64,000 bases of DNA from Octopus sinensis (GCF_006345805.1 NC_043004.1:60698001-60762000); one strand, 5' to 3'; shown: positions 26,368 through 40,466, counted from the first letter of the stretch. Numbers and translations are program-made. Notes: a model not told the origin generated them from the letters alone.

Positions 26368-26600
26368 TGAGGGCGCGTACCTTAGGGGTTAGAGTGTCCG
26401 ACTCACGATTTTAAGGTCCTCAGCAACAATCCTTTATTTCAGGTTACTCTAGTCTACTCAACGGACAAACATGAGTTGTACCTGAAACTGAAAAGGTCAG
26501 CCATGTCACATTGTACGTTAGGTTGATTCTCCCTGAGAACTGTAATAAGGGTACACATGTCAGTGGAGTACTCAACTAATTTCACGTAAGATTCATGGTG
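26368..26600 (+). mobile_element. Degenerate tRNA-derived SINE (further family)
   Basis: Head GAGGGCGCGTACCTTAGGGGTTAGAGTGTCCGACTC resembles the family C/E heads; the body is different. Confidence 0.45.
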
Positions 26601-26900
26601 GTCCAAATCGGATGTGCAATATATGTGGGTGTCTTTTCAGAACATCTTCGGTTCTAAAAAGCTACATTAGATGTCACGATGGTGCTCAGGTGTAGGTAGA
26701 GGAAGTGGTCAAACTCTGCATAAGGAGTAGATAACCAGCAGGTATACATATATATATATATATATGAACTTAAACATATAGATATGTACGTATATATACG
26801 TATATATACTATACATATATATATATATAATATATATATATATTATACATATTATATATATATATATATAATATATATTATATATATATATATATATAAT

Positions 26901-26933
<33 letters not shown>

Positions 26934-27569
26934 ACACACACAGATACACACACACATATTGGACTAGTGTCTATATATTTGAATAAAACACATTGGGTGC
27001 TGAACTCCTGCATGACTACAGACCCAACATCTGGAAGCTGCAAAAACATAAAGAATGTAATGTAATAGAAAATGTAGTACATTTTCGTTTTATATATTAT
27101 CAATAAAAACGTAAGTGCTAAAATATACTATCGAGCCTGTAATTTTAACATGAAATATAAAGTTTTTTCCACCAATAGAGATAAAATTATTGAGATATAA
27201 TTTGTCTTAATGATGAGTAGATATACGTGAATAGCATCAAACACATATTCATACGTATATGTATATACACACACATGCATACACAAACCACACTTACAAT
27301 AACACAAACGCACACACACAAGAAAACAATATTTGTACAGTATGCTGTATATCTAGCATTTGGTTAGTGTAAATGTACATATATATGTATATACATATGA
27401 AAGTGTACTTATATGAATGTGTACTTACACACACACACACACACATACATATATATATAATATAATATATATATATATATATGTACATATATATACATAT
27501 ATATGTATATATATATATCATTTATATATGTATATATGTGTGTGCATAATATACATATACATATATATG

Positions 27570-27601
<32 letters not shown>

Positions 27602-27619
27602 TATGAATATATATATATA

Positions 27620-29211
27620 ATGAAAGACCACAAAGACCATTTCGAAAATAACCGTCGGTCCGTTTGATTAACCCAACCAAGTCTGACATCGGATCCGTCA
27701 GCAAGAAGATACTGGACAGGATTTTACCAAAAATGCGTGAAGCTTCACCCCTTCCACTCTGGAATAGGACCTCCGATGCAATAACCTGGTTCCGGGATTT
27801 ACCTGATAAAAGCAAAACCCGATTCCTAAACATGATATCGAGGATTACTACGCCTCCATATCGGAGAGCTTGCTGATCGACGCGATTAACTTCGCCAGGA
27901 GGTCTTCCACCATCACCGAGGCCAAGCAAGATGTGATCCTCCACGCACGTAAGACTTTTCTTTCTATGACGGATCCCACTGGATCAACAAAATCTGTGAC
28001 CCCCTTCGAGTCAGCATGGGCGCTAACGACTCTGCTGAAAAAGTGACCTAATGGGCCTTTTCATCCTCCATAGGATGAAAACCCTATTCACAGGCCTCTC
28101 CGGTGGTCTTTACCGAGATGACGGCCTTTTCGCCCCCACAAAATAAACCCAGGACCACGGATTGGTTCCGGAAGAATCTTTACACCTTCTTTAAAACTTA
28201 GGTCTTAGGATTACCTTAGAATCCAACTTAACTAAAGCTAACTTCCTTGATGTCACCCTCGACTTAAAAACCTCACTTTATTACCCGTACCACAAAACCG
28301 AATGAATCCCTTAAATATATAGATATTAATTCCAACCACCCCAAAAATATATTAGATAACCTAGTAAAAAGTGTCTCAATTAGAATTTCTAGCCTGTCCG
28401 CCACGGAAGATATTTTTAAGGCCGCAGCCCCCTATTACACGAGGGGGCCTGGCCCGCAGTGGCTTCAAAGATAAGATTACCTATACTAGTATAGCCCCAC
28501 GCCACCCAGAAAAATAGACGAAGACACATTAGCTGGTACAACCCCCCCTTCAACCGTGAGGTCGCTACACCTGTAGCAAAAATCTTCTTCACTCTCCTAC
28601 AGAAACACTTCCCCACCCAAAATAAGTACTACACTATCCTAAATAAGAACACTATGAGACTCTCCTACTCTACCACGCCCAATCTAGCAGGAACCTAGCC
28701 AACAACAATGTGAAAAAACTTACATATCTACTTTTTCCGAGGCCCATCCAACGTCCGATAGCAATTGCAACTGCCCTGATAAAACCACCTGCCCCCTCAA
28801 CAACAACTGCCTACAGAGGGACCTAGTATATACATGGCGAGGTAAGATCAGGCCCTGACGATAAAAGAAAATCCTACATAGGAATGACGTCAAACAGCTT
28901 TAAGACCCTTGGTACGCACCACACACACTCGTTCCGGCGACAGGATAAATCCAACCAAAACTACCCTCGCCGCCCACATCTGGTACCTTAAAAGGAACTC
29001 CATCCCCTTCAAGACCAAGTGGAAACTACTACAGAAGGCGCGCTCGTACACAGGAGGCCATACCTGCTGTGACCTCTGCATATCGGAGAGCCTAGAGATC
29101 TTGTTCGCCAAAGGCCCTCTCCTTAACAAAATCTCAGAACACTCCCCAAATTGTATGCATAAGAAGTATGCGAACTACAAGAACTATAGACCTACCCGGC
29201 AACCAGATTAA
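27620..29211 (+). mobile_element. Penelope-like element 1: 5'-truncated RT followed by C-terminal GIY-YIG endonuclease, frameshifted
   Basis: KDHKDHFENN..VRLINPTKSDIGSVSKKILD...DIEDYYASISE...GGLYRDDGL (RT catalytic DD). Linker NCNCPDKTTCPLNNNCL, then SYIGMTSNSFK...LAAHIWYLK...CDLCISE...LLNK...CMHKK. Starts directly after (AT)n. Confidence 0.92.
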
Positions 29212-29299
29212 TGACACCCCACCCACAACCCCCCCCCCCTCAAACCCACCGTTCCCCTAGCACCCCCGATTACCTTTTCTCCTAAGACCTCTCACATAT

Positions 29300-30786
29300 T
29301 GTATGTGCACGCTTGTATATGTGTATCATGTGTGTATGCATATGTATGTGTATATGTATGTGTGTATGTATGTGTATGTATGTATAAAATATATAATATC
29401 ATATAATTAGGGCTTAGTGAATTGGATTGCTTTGCCGCATGCTGAACTTTCTAGAAATAGCAGCCAAAAAGTTTTTTTAGCCTCTCCACTACTTAGAGAA
29501 TATTTTCCCTCAGACATTGTTTACTCATAAAATAATGGTCCTTTACATACTGAATACTTGGTGAAATTGATTAATAACTAATTAACTTTACCCTCAATTG
29601 TTGATATATGTATAGTGTGTGTATATATATGTGTGTGGGTGTATGTGTATATGGACTGTAGGTATATGTGTGTGTATGTATGTATGTATATATATATATA
29701 TAGATATATATATATATATTATGTAGTGTGTGTTGTGTTGTGTGTATATTTATATAATATTATATGTATATGTATATATATATATATGCATATATATGTA
29801 TGTATATGTATATGTATATGTATGTGTGTGTTGTATATGTATATATGTGTATATATATGAGTGTACGCGAGTATGTCGATGTATATGTAGGTATGTAGTT
29901 ATGTGTATGTGCAGGTATGTGAATTGTAGATACAAATTGTAGATGTGTATATATGGTGTTTGTGTGTATATATACATGTATATGGGTATATGTATGGTTG
30001 TGTGTATATGTAGATATATATATATGTAATATATATATATATATGTATATGCGAGTATGTAGAGATATAAGTATGTGCATGTGTATATGTATATGTGTGT
30101 ATATATATGTATGGGTATGTGTATGTGTATGTATGTATATATATATATATATAATATTATGTTATGGTGTATGTATGCATATACGTATGTATGTATGTAT
30201 ATGTGTATGTATATATGTTTGTAAGTTGTTGTATATATGTAAATGTAAGGTGTCTGCTTGTATGAGAATGTATGTATGTTTGCACACATGTATATATGTG
30301 TGTGTATGTGTATATGTATATTATATGTGTATATGTGTGTGTAATGTATGTATATGTGTATGTATGTGTGTATGTATGTGTGTGTGTGTGTGTGTTATAT
30401 ATGTGTGTATGTGTGTATGTTATATGTATGATATGTGTATGTGTATATGTATATGTATATTATATATATATATATATATTATATATTGTGTATGTGTATG
30501 TTATGTATATATATATATATATATATGTGTGTATACATGTGTGTATGTGTAAGTATGTATGTATATATATGCGTGTGTATGTGTATGTGTATATGTACAT
30601 ATGCGCGTACGCTCGTGTGTTTATGCATATGTAGGTACGTAGAGTTATCTATGTGTGTATTTATATGTACATGTGTGTAAGTATGATATGTATTATATGT
30701 TATGTGTGTATGGTGTGTGTGTATATATGTAGATGTATATGTATGTATATAGTATGTGTATCTGTATGTGTATATATATATGTATG

Positions 30787-30825
<39 letters not shown>

Positions 30826-31212
30826 AAGTTTATATGTATGTATCCGTCTATATAATAGGTAACGCACGTACATATACTTAATATTATTATTTATTTTTTG
30901 AGTATGCATGTACGAATAACTGCGCGTATATATATTTTACTATTTACTATTTTTTGAGTATGCATGTAAGTATGAATATAAGGAGGCGCGTGTTGTGTGT
31001 GTGTATGTGTAAGCATAGATATATGTATACTTTTACGCATGTGTGTACTTATGTGTATATATGGATGCGCGCGTGTGTGTGTGTGTGTATGGGTACGCAT
31101 GTACATGTGCATGTGCGTGTAGTGTATATATATGTATATGTGTGTGTATGCGTATGGGTGTATATATGTGTTTGTATATATATATGTGAATTATATATGT
31201 AGTATATAGATA

Positions 31213-31260
<48 letters not shown>

Positions 31261-32050
31261 ATTTGTATGTAGGTGTATATGTATGTGTGTATTTATATTT
31301 ATTGGTGTATATATATAGACTAGCCTTCTAAGAGTGTAGACATAAATCTGTAGGTACGCGTAGGTATGTGTATATACGTGAATGTATGTAGATGGATGTA
31401 TGTATGAATATAAACGCGTGCGTGCGTGTATGTGTATGAGTGTACGAATGAGTGAGAGTACGTGCTAAAGAGTGTGCGTGAGTGAATGAGTGCTTGTTTT
31501 CCAGTAGACAGATAAATGGACTGGTGCCATAGCAAGATGTTTGTGACCAAGCGGCCAAAGATAACAAAAGTAATAAACGAAGATAATAAAATTAAAATTA
31601 GGGAATGGGTCTGTATTTGTATGTGTATATATATGTGTGTGTGTAGGTTTGCATAGGTACACATATGTATATGTATACATGTATGTTATGTAGTATATGT
31701 ATATGTGTGTGGTATGTGTATATATGTGTATATAGGGACTAGTGCGCTGTGGTGTGCATGTGTGTGTGTGGATATGTGTTGTGTATGCGTGTGTATGTGA
31801 GTATGTGTGTGTATGTGTATATAATTTTTTCTGTGCGTATATGTATGTGAGGTCGTGTGTGTATATATACATGTGTGTATACGTGTATGCATGTGAGTGT
31901 GTGTGTGTATACATATATGTGTATGTGTAGATATGTATATGCATGTGTATGTGTAAGTGTATATATATGTATATATATGTGTGTGTATGTATGTGTGTAT
32001 GTATATGTATATATGTTTGTATGTGTGTGTATGTATGTATACATGTGTGC
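29300..32050. repeat. ~2.7-kb cryptically simple TG/TA low-complexity tract
   Basis: Read directly. The + strand is T/G-biased, with short non-repetitive islands at ~29410-29610, ~30845-30990 and ~31490-31615. Confidence 0.9.
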
Positions 32051-32324
32051 ATAGGTATAAGTGAGAATCTCCTTATTTACCTAAAACTCTATCCCCCTTT
32101 TTTTATATATAGGTTTTTTTGTTTTTTTTATATATAGGTTTTTTTTTATTTTTTTATTTTTTTTTTTTATTTTTTATTTATTCTTCTATCTAATTTAACA
32201 CTGACTCCTTGACCACTCCCCCAAGTATGATATTTTGTGCTATGCCATACCCCCAAAAAAGTCCCCCACCAACACCCCGTTAACCTGCCTAAATGTATAA
32301 ATGCCAATACAATTCTTGTTAACT

Positions 32325-32376
32325 AGCTTCCTGAAGATTTCTCTTGAATGAAACAGTTCTAGTCCTGTTAGAAGCT
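32325..32376 (+). ncRNA. Type I hammerhead ribozyme-like motif (near-canonical)
   Basis: AGCTTC-CTGAAGA-TTTC(tctt)GAAT-GAAACAG(ttctagtc)CTGTT-A-GAAGCT. Stem I AGCTTC/GAAGCT, core CUGAnGA, stem II, GAAA, stem III ACAG/CTGT. There is a one-nucleotide register problem at the cleavage site. Confidence 0.65.
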
Positions 32377-32391
32377 CCTTCTATATAATAA

Positions 32392-32456
<65 letters not shown>

Positions 32457-32466
32457 ATATCCATAC

Positions 32467-32497
<31 letters not shown>

Positions 32498-32519
32498 CAC
32501 ATTTCCAGACATACATAGA

Positions 32520-32690
32520 TCCATGATAGATCGCTAGCCGCTCCACATTCTTTATTTTCTCTCCTTGTTCTTTCTGTGTTCCTTTCTGTGGAAGAGCGTA
32601 GGCTCGAAACATTAAAGACTTTTTCACTTCCCGGCGTTATACTAATATATCTGCTTCGTCTTTTGTTTTTGTGAATTCTCCCACATATAT
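32520..32690 (+). mobile_element. Repeat family H copy
   Basis: See 21120-21290. Confidence 0.75.
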
Positions 32691-34721
32691 ATATATATAT
32701 ATATATATTCAGAGACAACTTGAATGTAAAGGATACAGTCAGAGTCAAATGAGACATTTTCAATGGAGTCGCCTGGACTGGTAGCAACAACAGCCAAATC
32801 TCTCCACTAATTAGGAGCTGTTGTCTTACAATTGAAAGGTACAGTATATTACGTAGTCTAAAATGCATTATATGAAGTATTGGGATGGATCTCGGTGGGT
32901 CACCTGCAATATTGTTATTGACCTGAAATTAAGCAAAGGCAAGACTATAAAGGAATGATATAAAAATTTAATTCACCCTCTCAATATATCAAGAGGGGTT
33001 TGGCAGAATCGTTTTATATTCAGATTTCGGATTCCTCCAAAGTCACTTTAATTTCATTCTTCCAAAACCGCCCTTCCAAAACCGCCCTCATCCATCTGTC
33101 ACAATAGAATTAATTAATAATCCAGGATGGTGGATCGGCGTATTCTTTAAACGTTGGACAAAATGAATTATAGTATTTCTTCAGTTTCTTAATATTCTGA
33201 GTATCTGCACAGATTTAATAATATTCTCTGTACTTAGCTGATAAAAGTGTATCTTGTAATAAACGGAGTGTAACAGAGGAAACAATTTTCATAATTTCCC
33301 ATGATATCATCTGCAAGAGTTATACTTGCACTATATGTTACTGCTTTATAGGGGAACAATCTCTCCCAAACGATGTTTGTTGGTTGCTTCATTTACAGGC
33401 TGAATGTTGATGTGGAAATGAATGGGTTCGATTCTTAGAACGTGAAGTAAGATTTGTCTTGCAACTGTTCGGATCAGTGTAAATAATATCAATATTCTTG
33501 ATGCTGAAATTTTTTGGTATTTTTGTGTAGAATTTTTGCAAGAAATTAAACCCTCCGTAATAGAAACATACTGCCACAGTTGTCGTTTACATAAAAGATA
33601 AACGGACGATTGCAAAAAAAACATTTTACCATTTTCTAGTTTTGTCCTTGTGGGTAACATATTTCGTATATTTGTTTCCCACAAAATCTACGTCAAATTG
33701 ATGGTTACCTATTGAAAATATCCCTTCTAGAGAAAGATAGACTCGAGATTTGCAATGCACCATTATTTGAGAATAAGGCCAACAACATAATCCGGATCCT
33801 CGAATTCCGTAAGATAATGCTTCGTACTGGATCAGCTCTAATCAAATAGATCTATGATCAAATTTTTCTCAACCATCGCCGTCCCATTTTCCCCAGACAC
33901 AGTAAATGTCGGATTAATATATCCAATGTGTCCTGCTTTCTCTGAGAAAGGCATGGGAGCAGTTCCTAAAAGGACTTGTATAATTTGTAACATCCTCAGA
34001 AAAACTAAGATCAAAATTTCAAGAACACACGCACACACACACACACGCACACACACTCCATATACATGTATATGGAGTGAGGGAAAGAGGTGGATGAATT
34101 CTACAGTTAGCTCACTATATACATGCATGTGTTTGAGTGTGCATTTGCTTATGACTGCTTATGTATGTAATAATAATTCTTTTAATTATTTGATTTCTTT
34201 TTAAACTGAAGAAACTGCCATTTATCAAAGAAAAAGCTACATTGATGCAATTTCAATACCAACAACAGAGGGAATGTATATGTTGAACTTTAGAAATACT
34301 GTATTTACAAAATGCGTGTTATGTAGTCATTTTCACTACCTGAAAACCCCGGTTTTTCCAGATTGCTACTTAGATATTTATTAACTTAGCCTTGCTGGGT
34401 GAAAAGGTTAGATGAAGCGAGATATGAATCTAGAATGTATGAATTTTAAAAAAATGATGCAGAAACTATTAGCACAGGCTTTCTTTAATATGAATACATG
34501 TTGATTCAGCTTTTTATTGATTCTGACATTCTACTGAATCAGGCTATATATGTGGATATTTTTTTCAAAGGAATAATAATTGACCGGAGATGAACGCGAG
34601 ATACATAAATTGTAAATATTATTTTAAATTAGATATGATTCTGAGATCTAAAAGCAAAAAAATTAATTTTCTCTCTCTATAGCTATTTATGCTTCCAGAT
34701 ATTATCTATTGTTATTGTTGT

Positions 34722-34762
<41 letters not shown>

Positions 34763-36230
34763 TTGTTGTTGTTAAGACGGGTAAGGTGATTAGGTGATGG
34801 TCTAGGGCTTAGGAGCGAGAGACCCCAGACTTTCGAAAAAAAACAGCTTTGGTAATCTTGTAGTCGAGGGCTCTTCGTTGACGCCCGACACCACTGGGGG
34901 TGGCCCACGAAGTCGCTGGAAATGGTGATCTCCAGGTCCAAATTCTTGGATGGCTGCTGCTGCTGTAGTCATCACTGTCATGGTCGTTGTTGATGTTTTT
35001 CTGCTTCTTAAGCCCAGACCAACCTTAGTGGAGTAGCTCTTTGATAGAAGGCATTCGACATTTGACCAGCCTGTTGCAATCCAATACAAGGGTATCTGAT
35101 TAAAACATATTTGGCAGCAATTTTTACCAACTCTTTGACCACTTAGAATAACCTTCCAAGGCTAGGTTTATTGTTGATATTTTTGTTTTGTAATGATTAC
35201 TATTGATGTCATTGTTAATTGTTAATTGTTGCGTAATTATTATTGATTTTAAACGATTACTTATTAGGAAATTTTATAATCAAAGAGTGGCGGATGCGAG
35301 ATCTCGATTTTTCCTATGAACTACTTATTGCCTTACGAGTATAGAGTTAGAAACGAAACATTTGTCACAATTTCTTACACATAGATTTTTCCAGCTATTT
35401 CTATTATTTAAAGGAAATCTACACAAAATTAACATGCAGGGAGAAAGGAAGGAAGCATATAAGAAAGAAGAAGGAAGTATGACAGAAATATGAAAGAATG
35501 AAAATTAGCTGCATAGACAAAAAAATGAAATTAAAAAATGGCGGAAAGCTAGATAAATGATGGATGATGAGATGCTATAGTGTCAAATGGAATATAATTG
35601 AGATTTACCCACCAAACAGAAATGGTAGCACTTGGTGGACTAATGGCAGAAAGAGTAATATTGAAATATTCTAGACAATAAAATATTCAATTTAAGTTGA
35701 AGTACGACATACTTGGAAAATACTGACACAATGCAATAAATGTCCCTCAGGGCACAATACACAAATAATCATACCTTGATCATATATATATATATATATA
35801 TATATAAGCATACTGGGAGAAAGGAAAGAAACGAAACGACGTGACGGCGCTCAGTCATACAATAATGTAATAAATAAAATATATGCATACATACATATAT
35901 GTACGTACCTACATCTACTTGTATATATACATTCATATATAAATATATATATGTGAGTACGGACAAGAGAGAGGGAGAGAGAGAGAGAGAGGGAGAGAGA
36001 GAGAGAGAGGGAGAGGAGAGAGAGAGAGGAGAGAGAGAGAGGTGAGAGGAGAAAGGGAGAGAAGAGAGAGAGAGGGAGAGAGAGGAGAGAGCGAGAGAGA
36101 GAGAGAGAGCGAGAGCAACAGAAAAATGCACTGAGAGATATAGTGAGAGAGGAAAAGATAAAAGAGCAAACAAAACGAAGCAATGATTGAATGAGAAAGA
36201 GGAGGTAAAACTGGAGCGAAAGAAAGATAT

Positions 36231-36630
36231 ACTCTTTACTCTTTTACTCTTTTACTTGTTTCAGTCATTTGATTGTGACCATGCTGGAGCACCGCCTTTA
36301 GTCGAGCAAATCGACCCCAGGACTTATTCTTTGTAAGCCCAGTACTTATTCTATCGGTCTCTTTTGCCGAACTGCTAAGTTTCGGGTACGTAAACACACC
36401 AGCTTCGGTTGTCAAGCAATGCTAGGGGGACAAACAGACACACACATATATATATATACATATATACGACAGGCTTCTTTCAGTTTCCGTCTACCAAATC
36501 CACTCACAAGGCATTGGTCGGCCCGGGGCTATAGCAGAAGACACTTGCCCAAGATGCCACGCAGTGGGACTGAACCCAGAACCATGTGGTTGGTAAGCAA
36601 GCTACTTACCACACAGCCACTCCTGCGCCT
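36231..36630 (-). mobile_element. tRNA-derived SINE, family A, full length
   Basis: Reverse complement of the 7577-7993 type. Confidence 0.92.
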
Positions 36631-37025
36631 ATATATATATGTATAATTATAATAATAAATGTAAGAAATTTGTTTTTAATGAATTTCGGACATTTATGGA
36701 ATTAATTATGTCCAAGAACCAAGATACGATTATTTGCAAAACTGTAATCTCCATCCTGTATCCGTTTCAATATACCTGTTGATTTATCTTTCACCGAGAT
36801 CCTTTCTTTTACTGTATCTGTCTGTCCTTCTTCCGTCCGTTCTTTTTACAATTTATTAATCCATTAATCTCTTAATTGTACAAATTTGTATTTTCTCCTG
36901 ACTTTCACTATATTTCGTGTTTTGAGTTGCCCTCTCTAGATATTCAAAATCACTCAAAATGACAATCGTATTGTAGCCATTGATTTTACTAAGTGTGTGT
37001 ACCAATATCTATTTATATATATACA

Positions 37026-37067
<42 letters not shown>

Positions 37068-37474
37068 GATATAATTTTTATTTTTAGATATAATTGAGTT
37101 ACTTGAATGTATTGTGTTATCCGCTTCGGCTGTTTCCATGGACGCATGTGAGTACCTTACTTATATCCCCTCGTACGCTCAACTGATGCAGATCGAATCC
37201 TTGTGTGGTTAATTCCGAAATTGATTCAATATTGAGATAACGAAACTTAAACGTTCCTACGGCTAGTCGCCCGATTTTCAGTTCAATTTTATGTAGCAAG
37301 CGGATTAAATGTGGAATATCGGTATATTGGCTTTAGAATAATCTTCTTTAGCCCTTGCTTATAAGATATTTATAATTTTTAACCGTAAAGGTTCTTTAAT
37401 ATACTGCCACACTTCCTGATGGAATTTTTTTCTGTAGAGAAAAAGGTTTCATCCTTTTTAATAGTATATATATA

Positions 37475-37509
<35 letters not shown>

Positions 37510-37907
37510 TATATATACTTCAGTGTTCATGTACTACAGTTATGTTCACCGGCATTCATGTTTGTATGCGTAAGTATATATATATATTTAAATTCTTGTT
37601 TCTTTATTTGTGTATTAATTTACTGCGTTGTGCAACGGGAAAATCAATTAAAGCGTATAAATTATCCATGTGATATCGTAATTGCTTTTATAATTTATTC
37701 CAGAATAATCAAGGGAAATACCATTATCACTAGTGTATAAATTTATGGTCCACTGATTTGAAATTATTTTACCCAAGCAGGAAGCTATTGGTCCTTTAGT
37801 CCCTCAGTAACTTTAAACGATTATTACACACACACACACACCATACACACACATTGTTATATTTTCAAGTAGCTGAAGGAACAAAGTAATAAGTTAATGT
37901 TAAAAAA

Positions 37908-38162
37908 GACTCCTTTCGGTCATGAATAACCATGGGATGCACCTAGAAAATTCCCCTCCGAGGCACAAGTCTGTGCAAGGTTGTTTATGGAAGACTAGTA
38001 GTTACCCACGCATACAAGTCTCCCCTCTCTACACCACCGATATTATCCAAGGTAAAGGTAAAGGCCGATACAGCATGGCACCAGTGACGCCCCAACTCAT
38101 TTCTACAGCTGAGTGAACTGGAGCAACGTGAAATAAAGTGTCTTGCTCAAGAACACAGCACA
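37908..38162 (-). mobile_element. SINE family E, 3' portion
   Basis: Collinear with 6267-6525. Confidence 0.8.
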
Positions 38163-38958
38163 AGTAATATTTTAAACGCAGAAAAGCGTACTCAATAAGT
38201 TTAGAAGAGTGTATATCTTACATTATTGTTAAAGTTTTCTATAATTCACTCAAGATAAATATCACACTTGAGTCGAAGGCATTAATATATAAGAAATAGA
38301 TTAATAGAAAAAATAATTTTTTAAAAACTGCCTTCTTCAAAATTCAGAGTTAGTTATCCATTTACTAAAGACTGAGGTTGCACTCACGCGCGCGTATGTG
38401 TGTGGTATTACTTTCAACAAATTGTATAGCACTCAACCAGTTAGGAAAGTAAAGTTAAATGTGAAAGGCACAAGTTTTAAGAAATTTAGTCACCCATGTT
38501 TGCCTGGCTACTATTTTAATTCTATTTCGTCATTTTTCAAGCGAATAAAGCCAACAAAATGGTTTAATAACTGCGTTGGATGTAATTGAGTTGACAGAGA
38601 ATAAAATTGAATGGAATTTGGTAGATGAAAACTGTGTAAAAGCTTGGACGATGGGTTCCAGTAATTTAAAAGGCTATCACAATAGTACCATACTGATTTT
38701 GTCTGAACATTGCTTTAACTGTACAAATATTTTGTGGGATACGGCCAACTATTCTATACTTCACTGACAAGATGACTCAACTGAAAATGCATTTGCAGTG
38801 CATTTTAGAAGCATATAACAGTGTGTGGTCGAGTGAGCGCATATGTGTACATCTTTGTGTGTTTGCATGTGTGAATATATATGTGTATATAAATACGCAT
38901 ACGCAAGTTTGAGCTTTCTTTTTTTTTAAATATATATTCAGATTTTCTACAAGTTCCT

Positions 38959-39156
38959 TTACTCCAACAATGATTTTATCAGAGTTCGATATGTTGAGAA
39001 CGACTCGCTGTACTGGCCAATCAGAAACAATGTTGTCCCTATACGGCAGAGTATAGATGCTAATATTGCTATTGCTTTATCAAAATAATCATTAGCTGAC
39101 GGTGTGGTCTCCAGAGCAGGTATTTTAGCAAACCCGCTAAATTGCTTAAGTGTCAT
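38959..39156 (-). pseudogene. Possible TPR-repeat coding fragment (exon or pseudogene relic)
   Basis: ANDYFDKAIAIL-ASILCRIGTTLFLIGQYSESFSTYRTLIK fits the TPR pattern at positions 4/7/8/11/15/17/20/24. No convincing splice acceptor. Confidence 0.3.
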
Positions 39157-39240
39157 ATTTCAAATCTTTTATATTTATAAATTTGTCATTTGTGCATTGA
39201 ATAGCGAGATTTCAAACGATTATTTGCATACTTACACGTG

Positions 39241-39640
39241 GGAGTGGCTGTGTGGTAAGTAGCTTGCTTACGAACCACATGGTTCCGGGTTCAGTCCCAC
39301 TGCGTGGCACCTTGAGCAAATGTCTTCTACTTTAACCTCGGGCCGACCAAAGCCTTGAGAGTGGATTTGGGAGACGGAAACTAAAAGAAGCTCGTCGTAT
39401 ATATGTATATGTGTGTGTATATGTTTGTGTGTCTGTGTTTGTCCCCCTCCCTCATCATCGCTCGAGAACCGACGCTGGTGTGTTTACGTCCCCGTAACTT
39501 AGCGGTTCGGCAAGAGAAACCGCTAGAATAAGTACTTGGCTTACAAAGAATAAGTCCTGGGGTCGATTTGCTCGACTAAAGGCGGTGCTCCAGCAAGGCC
39601 TCAGTCAAATGACTGAAACAAATAAACGAGAGTAAAGAAT
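39241..39640 (+). mobile_element. tRNA-derived SINE, family A
   Basis: Collinear with 7577-7993. Confidence 0.92.
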
Positions 39641-40425
39641 ATACTTAATCTTAATAAGTTCCGGCCGATTCGAAGGCAAATTACGCTAATCACTGGAGAA
39701 CAGCTTCATGACAACTATATTTTCATACACTTGATTCAGTAGGACAAGGAAATTTTGGACACCGATGTTTCGACATGCTTGTCGTCAGTCATAAATACCA
39801 GCACTGATCGATCTACCCATAAAACCATTGGCCAAAATTTTTGGTTGCATTTTGTTAAGCACTTTTGTCTGCTCGAGCTACAGTTAAGGATAGCTAGAAA
39901 AGGAAATATTACATAAGCACTATTACGAAGAATTATACGAAACAGTTTGTTGCACAACCCGTAGATTGTGTTAAGCCATAATCTATGTGTGTGTATCGTA
40001 CAATGTGGTAGGAAAAGGATGTTCACAAACAAAATAAAGCACTCAATATAAGATTAGGTGTACTAATTTTCATTATACATTTGTCACCAGTATAGACAAG
40101 TTTCATTCTGCAAGTTTGCTTACGAGACAAAATCACACTGAATCCATGCGATGAAGTGACGTATTTTATATGCATGTATTGTGTGTATATATTGCCGTGT
40201 GCATATGTATTAGAGTATGTGTTTCGGATTATATAGGTGCTGATATGTGTGTGTGTGTTTGTGTGAGTGAGTGTGTGCGTGTATGCATGTATGTATGTGT
40301 CTGTGTATGTATGTGTTTGTGTGTGAGCATGCGTTTGTGTGTGCATATGTGTGCGCATCTGTGTATACGTATATATTTCAACAAATATATATGTATAATT
40401 ATGTACGCGTATGTATGTATGTATG

Positions 40426-40466
<41 letters not shown>

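Noticed and set aside
27620-29211. Assignment to the Naiad/Chlamys clade or a selenoprotein-coding PLE
   Set aside because: The endonuclease is C-terminal to RT here, whereas Naiad/Chlamys have it N-terminal. The conserved Cys positions I read use ordinary Cys codons, not TGA.
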